DNA of 64,000 bases from Candidatus Latescibacterota bacterium (GCA_965223905.1 CBDCXV010000001.1:1440001-1504000); one strand, 5' to 3'. Positions 1 through 9,627 are shown, numbered from the stretch's first letter. Notes: generated by a model from the letters alone, not told the origin. Numbers and translations: made by a program.

Positions 1-616
1 CTTCGCCTACCTCCTCGATCCTGAGGAAACCCACGGGCAACGAAAGCTGTTCCTGAGAGAATTCCTTTCACATGTGTTTCCGAAGGGGTTAGTCGGATAC
101 CCAAGGTCTGGTGTTCGAATTGGTCGAGAAATGAGGACCACTCGGATAGAAGACTGGGACCGAAGAATCGATATTGAAATTGCTTTCCGCACCAACGGTG
201 GCTTGGCGGCTATCGCTATTGAGAATAAGCCTTGGGCGGGCGATCAAGAAAACCAACTCAGCGACTACGCCCGACATCTCGAATTGAAATACAAAGGTCG
301 CTTCAACTTGATCTACCTCACGCCGAAAGGGGAAGATCCATCGGAGAATAGTATCAAGCCCGAGAAGCGCGAGAAGCTTTCGAAGGAAGGAAAGCTTGCC
401 AATGCCTCGATCCAGGACTGGGCAAGTGACCATGGTTGGCTGAAGCGAGGAGAAGATGGGGTGAAAGCCGAGCGAGTTCGCTGGTTCGTGTCCGATTTCC
501 GCAAAGCGCTGATCGAGAGCCTTCCGGAGCTTGGCTGGGCTTACGAAGAACCGCCATTCTCGGATCAGGATACTGATCCTACGGGTCCACCAACCCTCCT
601 TGCCGAGATAGCATAA
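1..616 (+). CDS. PD-(D/E)XK nuclease family protein (PDDEXK_4-like), 5'-truncated by the window edge
   Basis: Frame is open from position 2 (FAYLLDPEETHGQRKLFLREFL...). Motifs RIDI...IENK..A.DQENQLSDY and LIYLTPKG..PS are typical of this family. Confidence 0.8.
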   Translation, partial: FAYLLDPEETHGQRKLFLREFLSHVFPKGLVGYPRSGVRIGREMRTTRIEDWDRRIDIEIAFRTNGGLAAIAIENKPWAGDQENQLSDYARHLELKYKGRFNLIYLTPKGEDPSENSIKPEKREKLSKEGKLANASIQDWASDHGWLKRGEDGVKAERVRWFVSDFRKALIESLPELGWAYEEPPFSDQDTDPTGPPTLLAEIA

Positions 617-650
617 GGACGATGATCAGAACCGCCGGTTTGTAACGAGG

Positions 651-765
651 TCGATCCTGTAAGGGCCGAACAACACCGGCTGTAGCGAGCAGACAGTGAG
701 GTAACGGCCGGGCTTGTGCGCTGGTTCATGTCCGATTTCGCAAGACCCTGATCGGGAGCATCCCC
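651..765 (+). pseudogene. Degenerate copy of the 3' part of the upstream nuclease gene
   Basis: 678-764 (ggctgtagcgagc...cgctggttcatgtccgatttcgcaagaccctgatcgggagc) aligns by eye with 438-525 (ggctgaagcgagg...cgctggttcgtgtccgatttccgcaaagcgctgatcgagagc), with a stop codon and an indel. Confidence 0.65.
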
Positions 766-798
766 GCGAAGGACGGGCTCGCGGAAAAAATCCGATCT

Positions 799-832
799 CG
801 CGTCATGATCTGTCGCACCCCCGGGGTAGGTT
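799..832 (+). promoter_or_regulatory. GCG(A/T)C-N7-GTCGCA box plus -10 (TAGGTT), upstream of the AAA ATPase
   Basis: cgcgtc-atgatct-gtcgca, read as TGTCGC-N10-TAGGTT. The same box recurs at 7796, 10436 and 11995. Confidence 0.6.
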
Positions 833-1029
833 CAATCCTTACCCACAGTTGAAGCCATTCGCGGATCGATCCCGATACCCGGTCGGCGGGCGCGAGCGAC
901 CTGCCTTTGGCTCGGAATTTGCATGCTCCCGGGTGGCCGGGCGCTGTGGCAACCAATCCATGGAACCTACCACAGACGTCGACGCGAGGTTTCCAAGTGA
1001 GGCACCCAACACGCGAACCTGATGAAGCC

Positions 1030-3137
1030 ATGCTCACCCCCTACGAACGGAAGCGTCTCTTCTTCTATATGCGCAACCTTGCCTCGCGTATTCACCGGGA
1101 AAGTCTGGAGGCAACGGGGCTTGCCCAGTGGATCGCGGAAAACCGGGACTTGATGGGGCTGGAGTGCGGGAAAAAGGAGACGGAAGAGTTGGAACTGTAC
1201 AAGCTCCGGGCCGGGAAGTCCCTCGACAAGGAACTTTCCAAGAAGGATTGGCAGCGCCTCATGAGGACTCTTGAGACCGGGTACCTGACGGCGCCTTCCT
1301 GTGAGGGTGCTAAGGAAGACCTCACGGCGAGGCGGCTAAGACAGCTCGGAAAGGCTATGGACTTCGCCCCCGAGGATGTCGCGATTCTGGAGATCCTGAT
1401 ATGCAGTCTAACCCAGCCGGAAATCGGTTCGCTGATCGATTCTCTTTGGGAATCCGTACCTCTCCACTTTCGACGCAGGTGTTTCAATGTTTCGAACCCC
1501 TTGCTGCCCCGGGTCCTCGGCATCTCGACCGGTATTTTCCGCGCCCGTTTGGCGACCGATGCGCCTCTCTTAAGGTCAGGGTTGGTGTCCATAGACGACG
1601 ACGGAGACATCGAAACCGTCAAGAGGCTGAACAGGCTGGTCGCCGTCGTGGACGACGGCGACCCGGACGTGCGCCACCTGCTGCTGGTTACGGCGACCCC
1701 GGGGGAACTGGAGTGGGAAGACTTCGACCATGTCGCGGAGCAACGGGACCATATCGAAAAGGTGCTGAAGGGCGCCCTGAGTTCCCGCGCCAAGGGGGTT
1801 AACGTCCTTGTGTATGGACCGCCGGGAACCGGAAAGACCGAGTTCTGCAAGACTCTGGCCATCCGGCTGCAGGCGTACCTCTACAGTGTGGGCGAATCGG
1901 AGGGAGAGGGTGACGAACCATGCCGGCGGAAACGTCTCCAGGAGCTTCAGGTTGCCCAGAACTTGCTGGCTCCCGGCCACGGTGCCATGCTCCTCTTCGA
2001 TGAGATGGAGGACCTGCTTTCCGACCCGAGTTCTGGCTGGATACCCTTTTCCTCGCACGGCTTTTCCCCGCTCCGGTCCGGCGGCTCAAAGGTGTACCTG
2101 AACAGGCTGCTCGAACGCGCCACGGTGCCGACGCTCTGGACCTCGAACTCGGCCAGGGAGACATGTCCCGCGGTTCTGCGGCGCATGACCTTCGCCCTGG
2201 AGCTGCGGCGTCCCACGCGCAGGACCCGGGCGCGAATATGGAACCGGGAGCTGGAACGCCACGGCATCGGAGCGACGGAGGAGGATGGCAAATCTCTTGC
2301 AAAGGAGTTCGACGTTGCACCGGGCGTTGCTTCCGGGGCCATCTCTGCGGCGAGCCTCTGCGGTGGTGACCTCGCTGCAGTGCGCCTTGGGGTGCAAAGC
2401 CTGTCCCGGGTGGTTTCAGGGGAGAAGCCGGATAACCAGGAGGCACCGGAGAGATTCGACCCCGCCCTGATCCGGGCAGACACCGATCCTGTCGGGTTTG
2501 CCGAACGTCTCGAAAAAACCGGGGGGGGAAGCAATTCTCCCTCTGCCTGCAAGGTCCGCCCGGCACCGGAAAGAGCGCCTTCGTCCGCTACCTGGCCGAG
2601 CGCCTCGGCCTCCAGGTCACCCAGAAGCGGGCCTCCGACCTGATGTCGATGTGGGTCGGAGGAACCGAACGGCTTATCGCCGAAGCCTTCGCTGAGGCGC
2701 GCGTCGAAGGCTCTATCCTCGTCTTCGATGAGGCCGACTCGCTGCTCGCCGACAGACGGGGTGCCGTGAGTTCCTGGGAGGTCAGCCAAGTCAACGAAAT
2801 GCTGACCTGGATGGAGAGCCACCCCCTGCCCTTCGCCTGCACGACCAACTTCGGCGAGAACCTCGACCCTGCCACCCTGCGTCGATTCACCTTCAAGATC
2901 AAGCTCGATTACCTCGCCCCAGGACAGTCCAAGAGGGCATTCCGGTCCTATTTTGCGCTCGATGCTCCATCCGAACTGGAGAACCTGACCAACCTGACCC
3001 CGGGGGACTTCGCGGTTGTGCGCCGAAAGGCAGAGATACTCGGCAGCCTCCAGGACCCGAAGGTTCTCGCCGAATTGCTGGGAGCCGAGTGTGAGGCCAA
3101 GCCGGACCATCGGCGCAAAATCGGTTTTCGGACGTAA
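1030..3137 (+). CDS. Double-AAA+ ATPase (~700 aa), frame broken at the G8 tract 2521-2528
   Basis: Module 1: Walker A YGPPGTGKT, Walker B LLFDEMED, VLRRM. In the -1 frame after the G8: CLQGPPGTGKS...KRASDLMSMWVG, LVFDEADS, TTN, LRRF. Joins ORFs 907-2643 and 2643-3137. Likely ATG at 1030. Confidence 0.85.
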
Positions 3138-3314
3138 GTGGTGGACTGATTCCGGGGAAAGAGTAGAAGCACAAAGAAAAAGGGCACCTGACCTCATTTG
3201 GTGGTCCCGGAATTGCTGCCGTAGTTTCTGGCCTGCGAGGGTTTGGAACCAACGCAAAAGTCCAGTTGTTTGACAGAGAGCGTGAGTTATTTGCTAATTA
3301 GGGGCGTTGGATAG

Positions 3315-3413
3315 CAGCCCCTGACGATCCGACCCCAAGGCCGGCAATTCATTCAGAAACAAGGAGTTATGGCCTTGCCGCGGGGCTGTCATGAGGTGAT
3401 CTTAATACCTCAT
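3315..3413. other. Nested inverted repeats / structured intergenic element
   Basis: cagcccc (3315-3321) pairs with ggggctg (3382-3388), caaggcc (3336-3342) with ggccttg (3371-3377), and atgaggt (3391-3397) with acctcat (3407-3413). Confidence 0.45.
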
Positions 3414-3489
3414 CTGGTATAAGGCGCCCATCACCCGAGAGTAGGAGAGGACGTAGGAAATCTATCACCTAATGACCTGGAGAAAATCC

Positions 3490-3564
3490 ATGCGTTCAAC
3501 GGTGACCATTTCCAAGCAAGAATTGATCCTAATTCTGATCTGGATATGGCTGATTATTGAGTAA
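3490..3564 (+). CDS. Small hydrophobic peptide MRSTVTISKQELILILIWIWLIIE (24 aa)
   Basis: SD-like GGAG at 3479-3482, 7 nt before the ATG. The C-terminal half is almost all I/L/W. Below the ORF-track length cutoff. Confidence 0.4.
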   Translation: MRSTVTISKQELILILIWIWLIIE

Positions 3565-3674
3565 AAGAGAGATGGGAAAGGAATATGCCTTTCCCATCCA
3601 CAGGAGGATCCCACATGACTACGGCAATCAAGAGGGGTAAAACCCGGGCCCCGAAAGTCGGGAACCTATCCCAA

Positions 3675-4451
3675 ATGACAATCTCCAGATTCTTTTTTCT
3701 CATCGCACTTCCGGCATGCACTGGCTGTGCTACCATGCTTTCAGGAACAAGCCAGAAAATCCCTGTAGCCTCTACTCCAATCGGCGCAGAAGTCATCGTA
3801 AATGGGAAGTCAGTAGGAAAGACACCCCTTGTCATTGAATTAAAGCGAAAGGACCCTGCTACCATCACTCTGCAGGCAGAGGGATACAAGTCGCATACGA
3901 CTATCCTTCAAAGGAAACGTAGTGGTTGGTTCTGGCTTATTCCTACAATCTACGGCATACCTTCCCTTATTGTGGATGTGGTCACCGGAGCAGCTTACGT
4001 ATTGGAGCCTAAGACTGTGAATATTGACTTCAATCCTCCTGAACCTGTAGGTCCCGATCCCGATCCTGTAATTGAGACTCAGACCAAACCAAGCCCAGAT
4101 AACCAGGGATTCCAGTACTCCAATGTGACTATGGCTCAGAGAAGCAACCCACTTCTCGGACAGTCAGGTGTGGGTTACATGGGAGAAATTACGAATAACT
4201 CTGGTAAGGATTATTATTTCGCCACTTTCAAGATCAGCTTATATGGAAAAGACGGAGGGCTCATTGCCATCCAGGAATTCACCGTATTTGAAATAGCAAA
4301 CGGAACCACACAGAGCTTCGACACTGGACCCATTCTGGATTCAGCGTTGAAGGATCAAGTCGAATCGTTCAGAGTACGGTTTGGTGGAGGGATGGAACAA
4401 AAGGAAGCAGAACAGATGGATAAATTATTAGAGAAGCAACTTACAGAGTAA
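3675..4451 (+). CDS. PEGA-domain lipoprotein with a C-terminal FxLYD-like domain
   Basis: Signal/lipobox TGCAT, PEGA motif STPIGAEVIVNG...GKTP, a hydrophobic hairpin, a Pro-rich linker, then GEITNNSGK...FKISLYGKDG. Low GC. Confidence 0.75.
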   Translation: MTISRFFFLIALPACTGCATMLSGTSQKIPVASTPIGAEVIVNGKSVGKTPLVIELKRKDPATITLQAEGYKSHTTILQRKRSGWFWLIPTIYGIPSLIVDVVTGAAYVLEPKTVNIDFNPPEPVGPDPDPVIETQTKPSPDNQGFQYSNVTMAQRSNPLLGQSGVGYMGEITNNSGKDYYFATFKISLYGKDGGLIAIQEFTVFEIANGTTQSFDTGPILDSALKDQVESFRVRFGGGMEQKEAEQMDKLLEKQLTE

Positions 4452-4537
4452 GGGAAAGCGGCAAAATGACTGATCAGACACCTGCACCAGACGACAGCGG
4501 CAAGAAGAAGATGGGGCGCCCTGAGTGGTTCCTGAAG

Positions 4538-5761
4538 GTAACCGTTCAGTTCCCTGGCAGATTGGGGCCGGGGGCGGAATGGTCGCAGGTTGGTATTAGC
4601 GAATGGGGGAGTGGGTTGAAGGCAGCAGCGAGGGCGCCGGCTGCTGACACACGGCGGCGTCACAGGCCATCCTGAGATAGTCGAGGACGTTGCGCTTTTG
4701 CTGGCGCAGGGTATCGCGCACCGTGAGCAGGCGCTCTACGAAACGGCTGCCTTCGGCACTGTGAGTGCCGAAGCTGGTGTGACGCCACAACACGCCATGG
4801 CGAAGGGCTCGTTCGGCTTCCGTTGTTGGTCGGCTCGACGCCGGGCCGGCGTGCGGCGAATGGAGAACACGGTGACGCCGTCCGTCACCGCGGTCCACAA
4901 CCAGGCCTTGGCGCGGCCCTGCCGCCAGCCGGTCTCGTCGACGTTGACTATGCCCTGTCGGCGAACGAAGGCGCGCGCCTCCTCGACCGCACCCGCCAGG
5001 GGGTCGCAGCCACTTCCTGTTCCAGTCGGCTGACGGTGCCCAGCGACACCTTGAAGCCAAAGGCGTCGGACAACAACGCCCGGATGTTGCGCTTGCTCAG
5101 CCGGTAGGCCCCGGCCAGCAGGCCGATCCAGGCCTGCACGCTGGGCCGTAGGTGTGCCGCGATACGCCCTCGGGCCAACCGGCTGCGGTCAGGCGGTCGC
5201 AGTGACCGCAGCGCAAGGTGTGCAGCTGATACTCGATGACCTCGGCCCGCAGCGGCGAGATGACGACTTCCTGGTGGCGCTGCGGATGGGGATCGTCTCC
5301 CGTCAACCGGTGCCCGCATCCGTGGCACGTACTCGGCTTGACCGGGATCCGTTCGTCCACTTGCTCGACCGATACCCACGAGCGCCCGTGCCCTTCGTGC
5401 CCGGGCTGCCCGCCCGGCGAGCGCCCCGAGGACCGGCGTCGGCCGGAGGCATCGGTACGCCGCGTGGAGGAACCCGACGAGGAGGTTTGAGCGCCACGGC
5501 GGGATCGCCCCTTGCGACGGGCCAATTCCTACTCCAACTCGGCGATGCGGGACGTCTGTTGTTCCACGATCCGCTCGAGCTGGACAATGCGCTTCCGCAA
5601 GTCGCCTTCGGACATCGCACTCTCAGGAGGTCTTTTCATGGGGTTGCCCGTGTCCGGAGAATCTGCAACACACAACCAATCCGAAGATACCGACGAACCC
5701 GAAAACCCGCTTAGGTATTTCTTTACATGCGCAAACTACTGCAGGGGGACTGAACGGTTAC
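4538..5761 (-). mobile_element. IS66-family insertion sequence (single-ORF, ISBst12-like), internally deleted and degenerate
   Basis: Terminal inverted repeats GTAACCGTTCAG at 4538 and on the reverse strand ending at 5761. TnpC fragments: GGQPGHEG, CxxCG zinc finger, DETGW, AERALR..V..R..SFGT.S..G, TLRQQKRNVLDYL. Contains stops and frameshifts. No target-site duplication visible. Confidence 0.9.
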
Positions 5762-5797
5762 GAACCAACGGCCAGGTTCCGAGGAAGGAGCGGACTC

Positions 5798-6982
5798 ATG
5801 ATCGACGGTAGATTTTTGCAGTTGTTATTGGATGCAGCCAAGCATTTTGGTGAGCATGGGGCCGGACAGCCGGCCTTCAACGTCTTCTCGGTTCTGCACA
5901 AAGAAACCGATGAGGTGAATCTCCACTCCCGGTTTCTCCATGCCCTTCTCGACCACCGACACGGTGGGCACCGAAAAAACCTGGAACATTTTTTGGGGCA
6001 GCTTCCAAGCAAGCCCTCAGTTGATGCACGGGGTATTGATCCAGACCGCGCAGAAGTAAAAAGGGAGAGCGACAATATCGACATCCTGATTCGTGATCCC
6101 GACCCTACTTCCAAGCGTGCCCTGATTGTCGAGAATAAGATCGGGGCCCCGGATCAAAGCCGGCAACTGTGGAGGTACGCCAAACAACAGAAGACGGAAG
6201 GGTACTCACCTCATCTGCTGTACCTTACGCTGGATGGGCACGCTCCTTCTGAAGACAGCAGGCGCTGCCTGGATTACGAATGTATTTCCCTTATCTCCTA
6301 CAAGGAGCACCTTCTCCCTTGGTTGAAACATTGCCAGGAACGGGCATACAACGATCCCACACTGCGGGAGTCGATTGGCCAATACCTGTCCTTGGTCGCG
6401 GCTCTGACAAAAACGGAGGCATATATGAATGACTTGAAGAATCTTTGCATGGAAGACAAACATCTTCATCTTGGCCTCATTCATGACTTGAACAAGGCCA
6501 TGATTGAATCGAGGGTTTCCTTGTTCGAACAGCTTTGGAATGAAATCGAATGTAAGCTGCAGAAAGAGATTGTGGAGCTCCCCCACAAAGTGGAAGATAA
6601 CGTATCCAAAAAAAGAATTGAAAATTTTGTCACACCCAGAAGCGAGTCTCACGACCTATATTCTGGATGGCACGGGAAATACTATAAGCTTAAAGGTTCC
6701 GCCAAGCTCAGCGTTGAAATTGGCGACACTATGCACTTTGGGGTCAAATGTCGCCAGAGTGAAGACGAATACTGCAAGTTCCTCGAAGCACTCAAAGGAG
6801 AAGGTGGCAGTAGTAATAGTGGATGGGGATTTGTCAAAGAAGTAGATCCGCGGATGAGGGAGCCAACCTCAGAGAACTTCGAGCTGCTTACGAATAGACA
6901 AGCTAGGGAGAAGTATGTCGCCGAAATCGTGTCTGGCGTACGTGAGTTGTGGCTGAAAATCAAGAAGGCAAACCTTGCCTGA
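5798..6982 (+). CDS. PD-(D/E)XK nuclease family protein (PDDEXK_4-like) with a variable C-terminal domain
   Basis: FNVFSVL...EVNLHSRFLHALLD, IDILI, IVENKIGAPDQSRQLWRY, LLYLTLDG..PS. SD AGGAG. Low GC. Confidence 0.85.
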   Translation: MIDGRFLQLLLDAAKHFGEHGAGQPAFNVFSVLHKETDEVNLHSRFLHALLDHRHGGHRKNLEHFLGQLPSKPSVDARGIDPDRAEVKRESDNIDILIRDPDPTSKRALIVENKIGAPDQSRQLWRYAKQQKTEGYSPHLLYLTLDGHAPSEDSRRCLDYECISLISYKEHLLPWLKHCQERAYNDPTLRESIGQYLSLVAALTKTEAYMNDLKNLCMEDKHLHLGLIHDLNKAMIESRVSLFEQLWNEIECKLQKEIVELPHKVEDNVSKKRIENFVTPRSESHDLYSGWHGKYYKLKGSAKLSVEIGDTMHFGVKCRQSEDEYCKFLEALKGEGGSSNSGWGFVKEVDPRMREPTSENFELLTNRQAREKYVAEIVSGVRELWLKIKKANLA

Positions 6983-7041
6983 CCGCCGAACGGATCGAGT
7001 AGATAGATTTTGCCCCTCGGGTTGTCGATGGACCTCTTGTA

Positions 7042-7368
7042 CTATGCCCTCAGCAAGCGCCGCTGCAGCAACGTCTGCATGTCCCGCCTCCCATCTGCGA
7101 TCACGAGCACGTAGACGTTGTTTTCGATCACCCGGTAGATGATGCGGTAGGGCTTTAAGAAAATCTCACGGTAATCCAGAACCCCGATGTCCAGCAGGTT
7201 CTCCGGATAGTTCCCCCGCTCGGGAAAATCCGAAAGGGTGGTGAAGGCTTTTTCCACCTGCTTCAGCACCCGGTTCGCTCGGCCGGGCGCACCATGCCGG
7301 TCGATGTAATCGCATATCTCCTCCAAGTCGCGGGTCGCGTCATCGGTCAACTGGACCTGGTAGGACAT
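7042..7368 (-). CDS. parE: Type II TA toxin, ParE/RelE family
   Basis: V.LT.DA..DL.EI..YI, FP.RG, YRIIYRV, V..IADGRRD. Overlaps the antitoxin stop codon. Confidence 0.9.
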   Translation of the reverse strand: MSYQVQLTDDATRDLEEICDYIDRHGAPGRANRVLKQVEKAFTTLSDFPERGNYPENLLDIGVLDYREIFLKPYRIIYRVIENNVYVLVIADGRRDMQTLLQRRLLRA

Positions 7369-7643
7369 CAGCGGGCCTGACCCCGCTCGCGGATCCGTGC
7401 GACGACATCGGAAGCAGGCTGAACCTGACCCGCTTCGATCTGCCGGTTGCCCAGCGCGAGGATCTTGAGCAGCGCAAGGGTTTCCTGCATCTGTTCGTAG
7501 CTGTCGATATCCTGCATGACCGCCTTGGCTTCGCCATTCTGGGTGATGATCAACGGTTCCTGTTGGTCCCCAAGAGTGCGCACAATCTCAGCGGCGTGGG
7601 ACTTGAGGTAACTGATCGGCTTGATTTGGCTGGACAGCTTCAT
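7368..7643 (-). CDS. Type II TA antitoxin, Phd/YefM family
   Basis: MKLSSQIKPISYLKSHAAEIV...PLIITQNGEAKAV. Strong SD AAAGGAGGT before the ATG at 7643. Confidence 0.9.
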   Translation of the reverse strand: MKLSSQIKPISYLKSHAAEIVRTLGDQQEPLIITQNGEAKAVMQDIDSYEQMQETLALLKILALGNRQIEAGQVQPASDVVARIRERGQAR

Positions 7644-7666
7644 GGACCACCTCCTTTCGGACTGAA

Positions 7667-7687
7667 TATGGACCATAAACAGGTCAA
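7667..7687 (-). promoter_or_regulatory. TA promoter with an operator palindrome
   Basis: TATGG-A-CCATA palindrome at 7667-7677, next to a TTGACC -35-like hexamer on the minus strand. Confidence 0.5.
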
Positions 7688-7795
7688 CACAAGGCCCGGA
7701 CTGATCGGAGTTCCTGTCGGGAATTGATAGCCTGCCTGAGAGCCGGAATTGGATCCCCCCGGATAAATCAGGGCAACCTCCCGAAATGTCCCGGC

Positions 7796-7829
7796 CGCGA
7801 CGCGATCTGTCGCACCCGGGGCGGAGATT
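7796..7829 (+). promoter_or_regulatory. GCGAC-N7-GTCGCA box upstream of the collagen-like lipoprotein
   Basis: cgcgac-gcgatct-gtcgca, read as TGTCGC-N10-GAGATT. Confidence 0.55.
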
Positions 7830-7869
7830 GAGAAAACTCACGGACGTATCCAAACCAGGGAGACGTGCA

Positions 7870-8412
7870 ATGCGTATGAGTTTTTCTCTTTTCTCTGCCC
7901 TGCTGGCAGCCGCCCTCGCCGCCTGCGAGGGTCCCACGGGACCGATGGGGCCGCAGGGAGAAACCGGTCCGCAAGGGAGACAAGGTGAAATCGGATCACA
8001 GGGAGAACGCGGATCTCAAGGCGAACGGGGGCCGCAAGGGGAAGCCGGACTCCGGGGCGAACCCGGACCGCCCGCGGAAGGGGTCATCATCGATTGGAGA
8101 CTGGCAGGTTCATCCTACGACCTGGACGGCAACATCAACATAGAGGATGACAGGATCACTCCGACCACTTTCCGGGTGCTTTACCTGAAGGCCGAATTCG
8201 GGTCTGACATTGTAGCATACGTTCCCCTTGACTACATGCTGGTGTCCGAGGTTTCGATCGTATCCGAGATGGAAGAGCTGGAGACGCCGGTCCTCTTCAT
8301 CGCCGAGGGCAGGCTCCTGATCGTGGATCCCAACCGGGTCCTTCTTCGCGTCGCGCTGGAATCTTCGCTCGAAGGAGTTGATGTCGACCTGGCGGTTCTG
8401 GTTTCGCATTAG
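7870..8412 (+). CDS. Collagen-like (Gly-X-Y) lipoprotein
   Basis: Lipobox LAAC followed by about 16 uninterrupted G-X-Y triplets (GPTGPMGPQGET...GEPGPP) and a globular C-terminus. Confidence 0.85.
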   Translation: MRMSFSLFSALLAAALAACEGPTGPMGPQGETGPQGRQGEIGSQGERGSQGERGPQGEAGLRGEPGPPAEGVIIDWRLAGSSYDLDGNINIEDDRITPTTFRVLYLKAEFGSDIVAYVPLDYMLVSEVSIVSEMEELETPVLFIAEGRLLIVDPNRVLLRVALESSLEGVDVDLAVLVSH

Positions 8413-8704
8413 GGGTGCCGGGTTTATTGGCGGGGCAGTTGCGCTGCTGTCCGCCGGGGATGTGGTCATGAACCGGCAGTACGAACTCGGACCGATAACC
8501 GTGCAGTGCGTCTCGACAGCGTCCGGGGCTGCCGCACCGGCCTGCCCCATTATGAACCGTTGGCATTCCCTGGAACTCCCTGCGGGCGGGGGTGTCCTCT
8601 AAGGTCAGGGTGTTTTGCGGAATAGAGGGTCGGTGTGGTCAAATTGTCGATCCCGTTGAAGCAGGCCCTTCTCCAAGCGATAGTCGCAATTCGGAGGTAA
8701 ACCG

Positions 8705-9502
8705 ATGCGCACAAGAATTTCATTTCTCGCTTTTCTGTGGGCCATTCCCATTGCCTCCTGTGATGGGCCGGCGGGACCGGACGGGGACAAGTACCTCGAG
8801 ACAAGGGAAGTAACGGTCGGCCCGACCCTGGCCAGATGCTACGGCGTCGGTGAACGGTCCTGCATGGTGGTCGACGGCTTCCTCTTCTACGATGCCATTG
8901 AGGGCTTCGAATACGAGGCGGGCTACGACTACCGGCTGCGGATCGGGAAATACGACCCCTGGGGCGGAGAGGAACCGCCGCAGGACGCCGGCCAGTGCAG
9001 CTATCGTCTGCTGAAACAGCTGGAGAAGACCCCCGCTCCCTCCACTCCCGCGAGCCTGTCTCTTGGACCCACCCGGGTGAAATGCGCGCAGATCGACGAC
9101 TTCTGTCTGCTGATCGACGGCGCCCCGTACGATGACATTGTCACCAAATTCGAATACGAGGCCGGCTTTCACTATACCCTTGACGCAAATAGGTACGGGG
9201 ATGGCAGGTACGTATTGAATTCGGTGACCTCGAAAACGGAAGCGACCGGTACGGAAGAGGAGATAACCGTGGAGCCGCACAGGATAGAGTGCGGCAGCAG
9301 CGACCGGGTGTACTGCAACGTGGTCAATGGAGAGGCGTTCCACAGCGAAATCGTCGGTTTCGAGCCGTGGCACGGTTACAGCTACCGCCTGAGGGTCGAA
9401 CGCTTCGACATGTTCGCCGGTGGCGTTACTGCCTCGTCATCCGGCGTTCCAGACTATGGTTATCGATGGCTCGAGACGTTGGAACGAAGTCCCGCCGACT
9501 GA
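8705..9502 (+). CDS. Lipoprotein with three tandem DUF4377-like domains
   Basis: Lipobox IASC. Three repeats of (V/L)(G/E)P...C...C..V(D/N)G...I.(G/K)FE...G(Y/F).Y.L. SD GGAGG. Confidence 0.75.
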   Translation: MRTRISFLAFLWAIPIASCDGPAGPDGDKYLETREVTVGPTLARCYGVGERSCMVVDGFLFYDAIEGFEYEAGYDYRLRIGKYDPWGGEEPPQDAGQCSYRLLKQLEKTPAPSTPASLSLGPTRVKCAQIDDFCLLIDGAPYDDIVTKFEYEAGFHYTLDANRYGDGRYVLNSVTSKTEATGTEEEITVEPHRIECGSSDRVYCNVVNGEAFHSEIVGFEPWHGYSYRLRVERFDMFAGGVTASSSGVPDYGYRWLETLERSPAD

Positions 9503-9627
9503 TACCCACCTGACCGCGGCCAAGGGTGCGGGGCCGGCGGCCTCGAGGTCCCCTGGCCGCAGAAGCGCCTGCTCCTGCGAAATCGATCCGTTTGTCAGCC
9601 ACCCCGTAACCTGAGTCCTCGAGCCGG

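Noticed and set aside
8588-8602. GGGGTGTCCTCTAA resembling an IS terminal repeat
   Set aside because: No partner repeat or transposase fragment was found.
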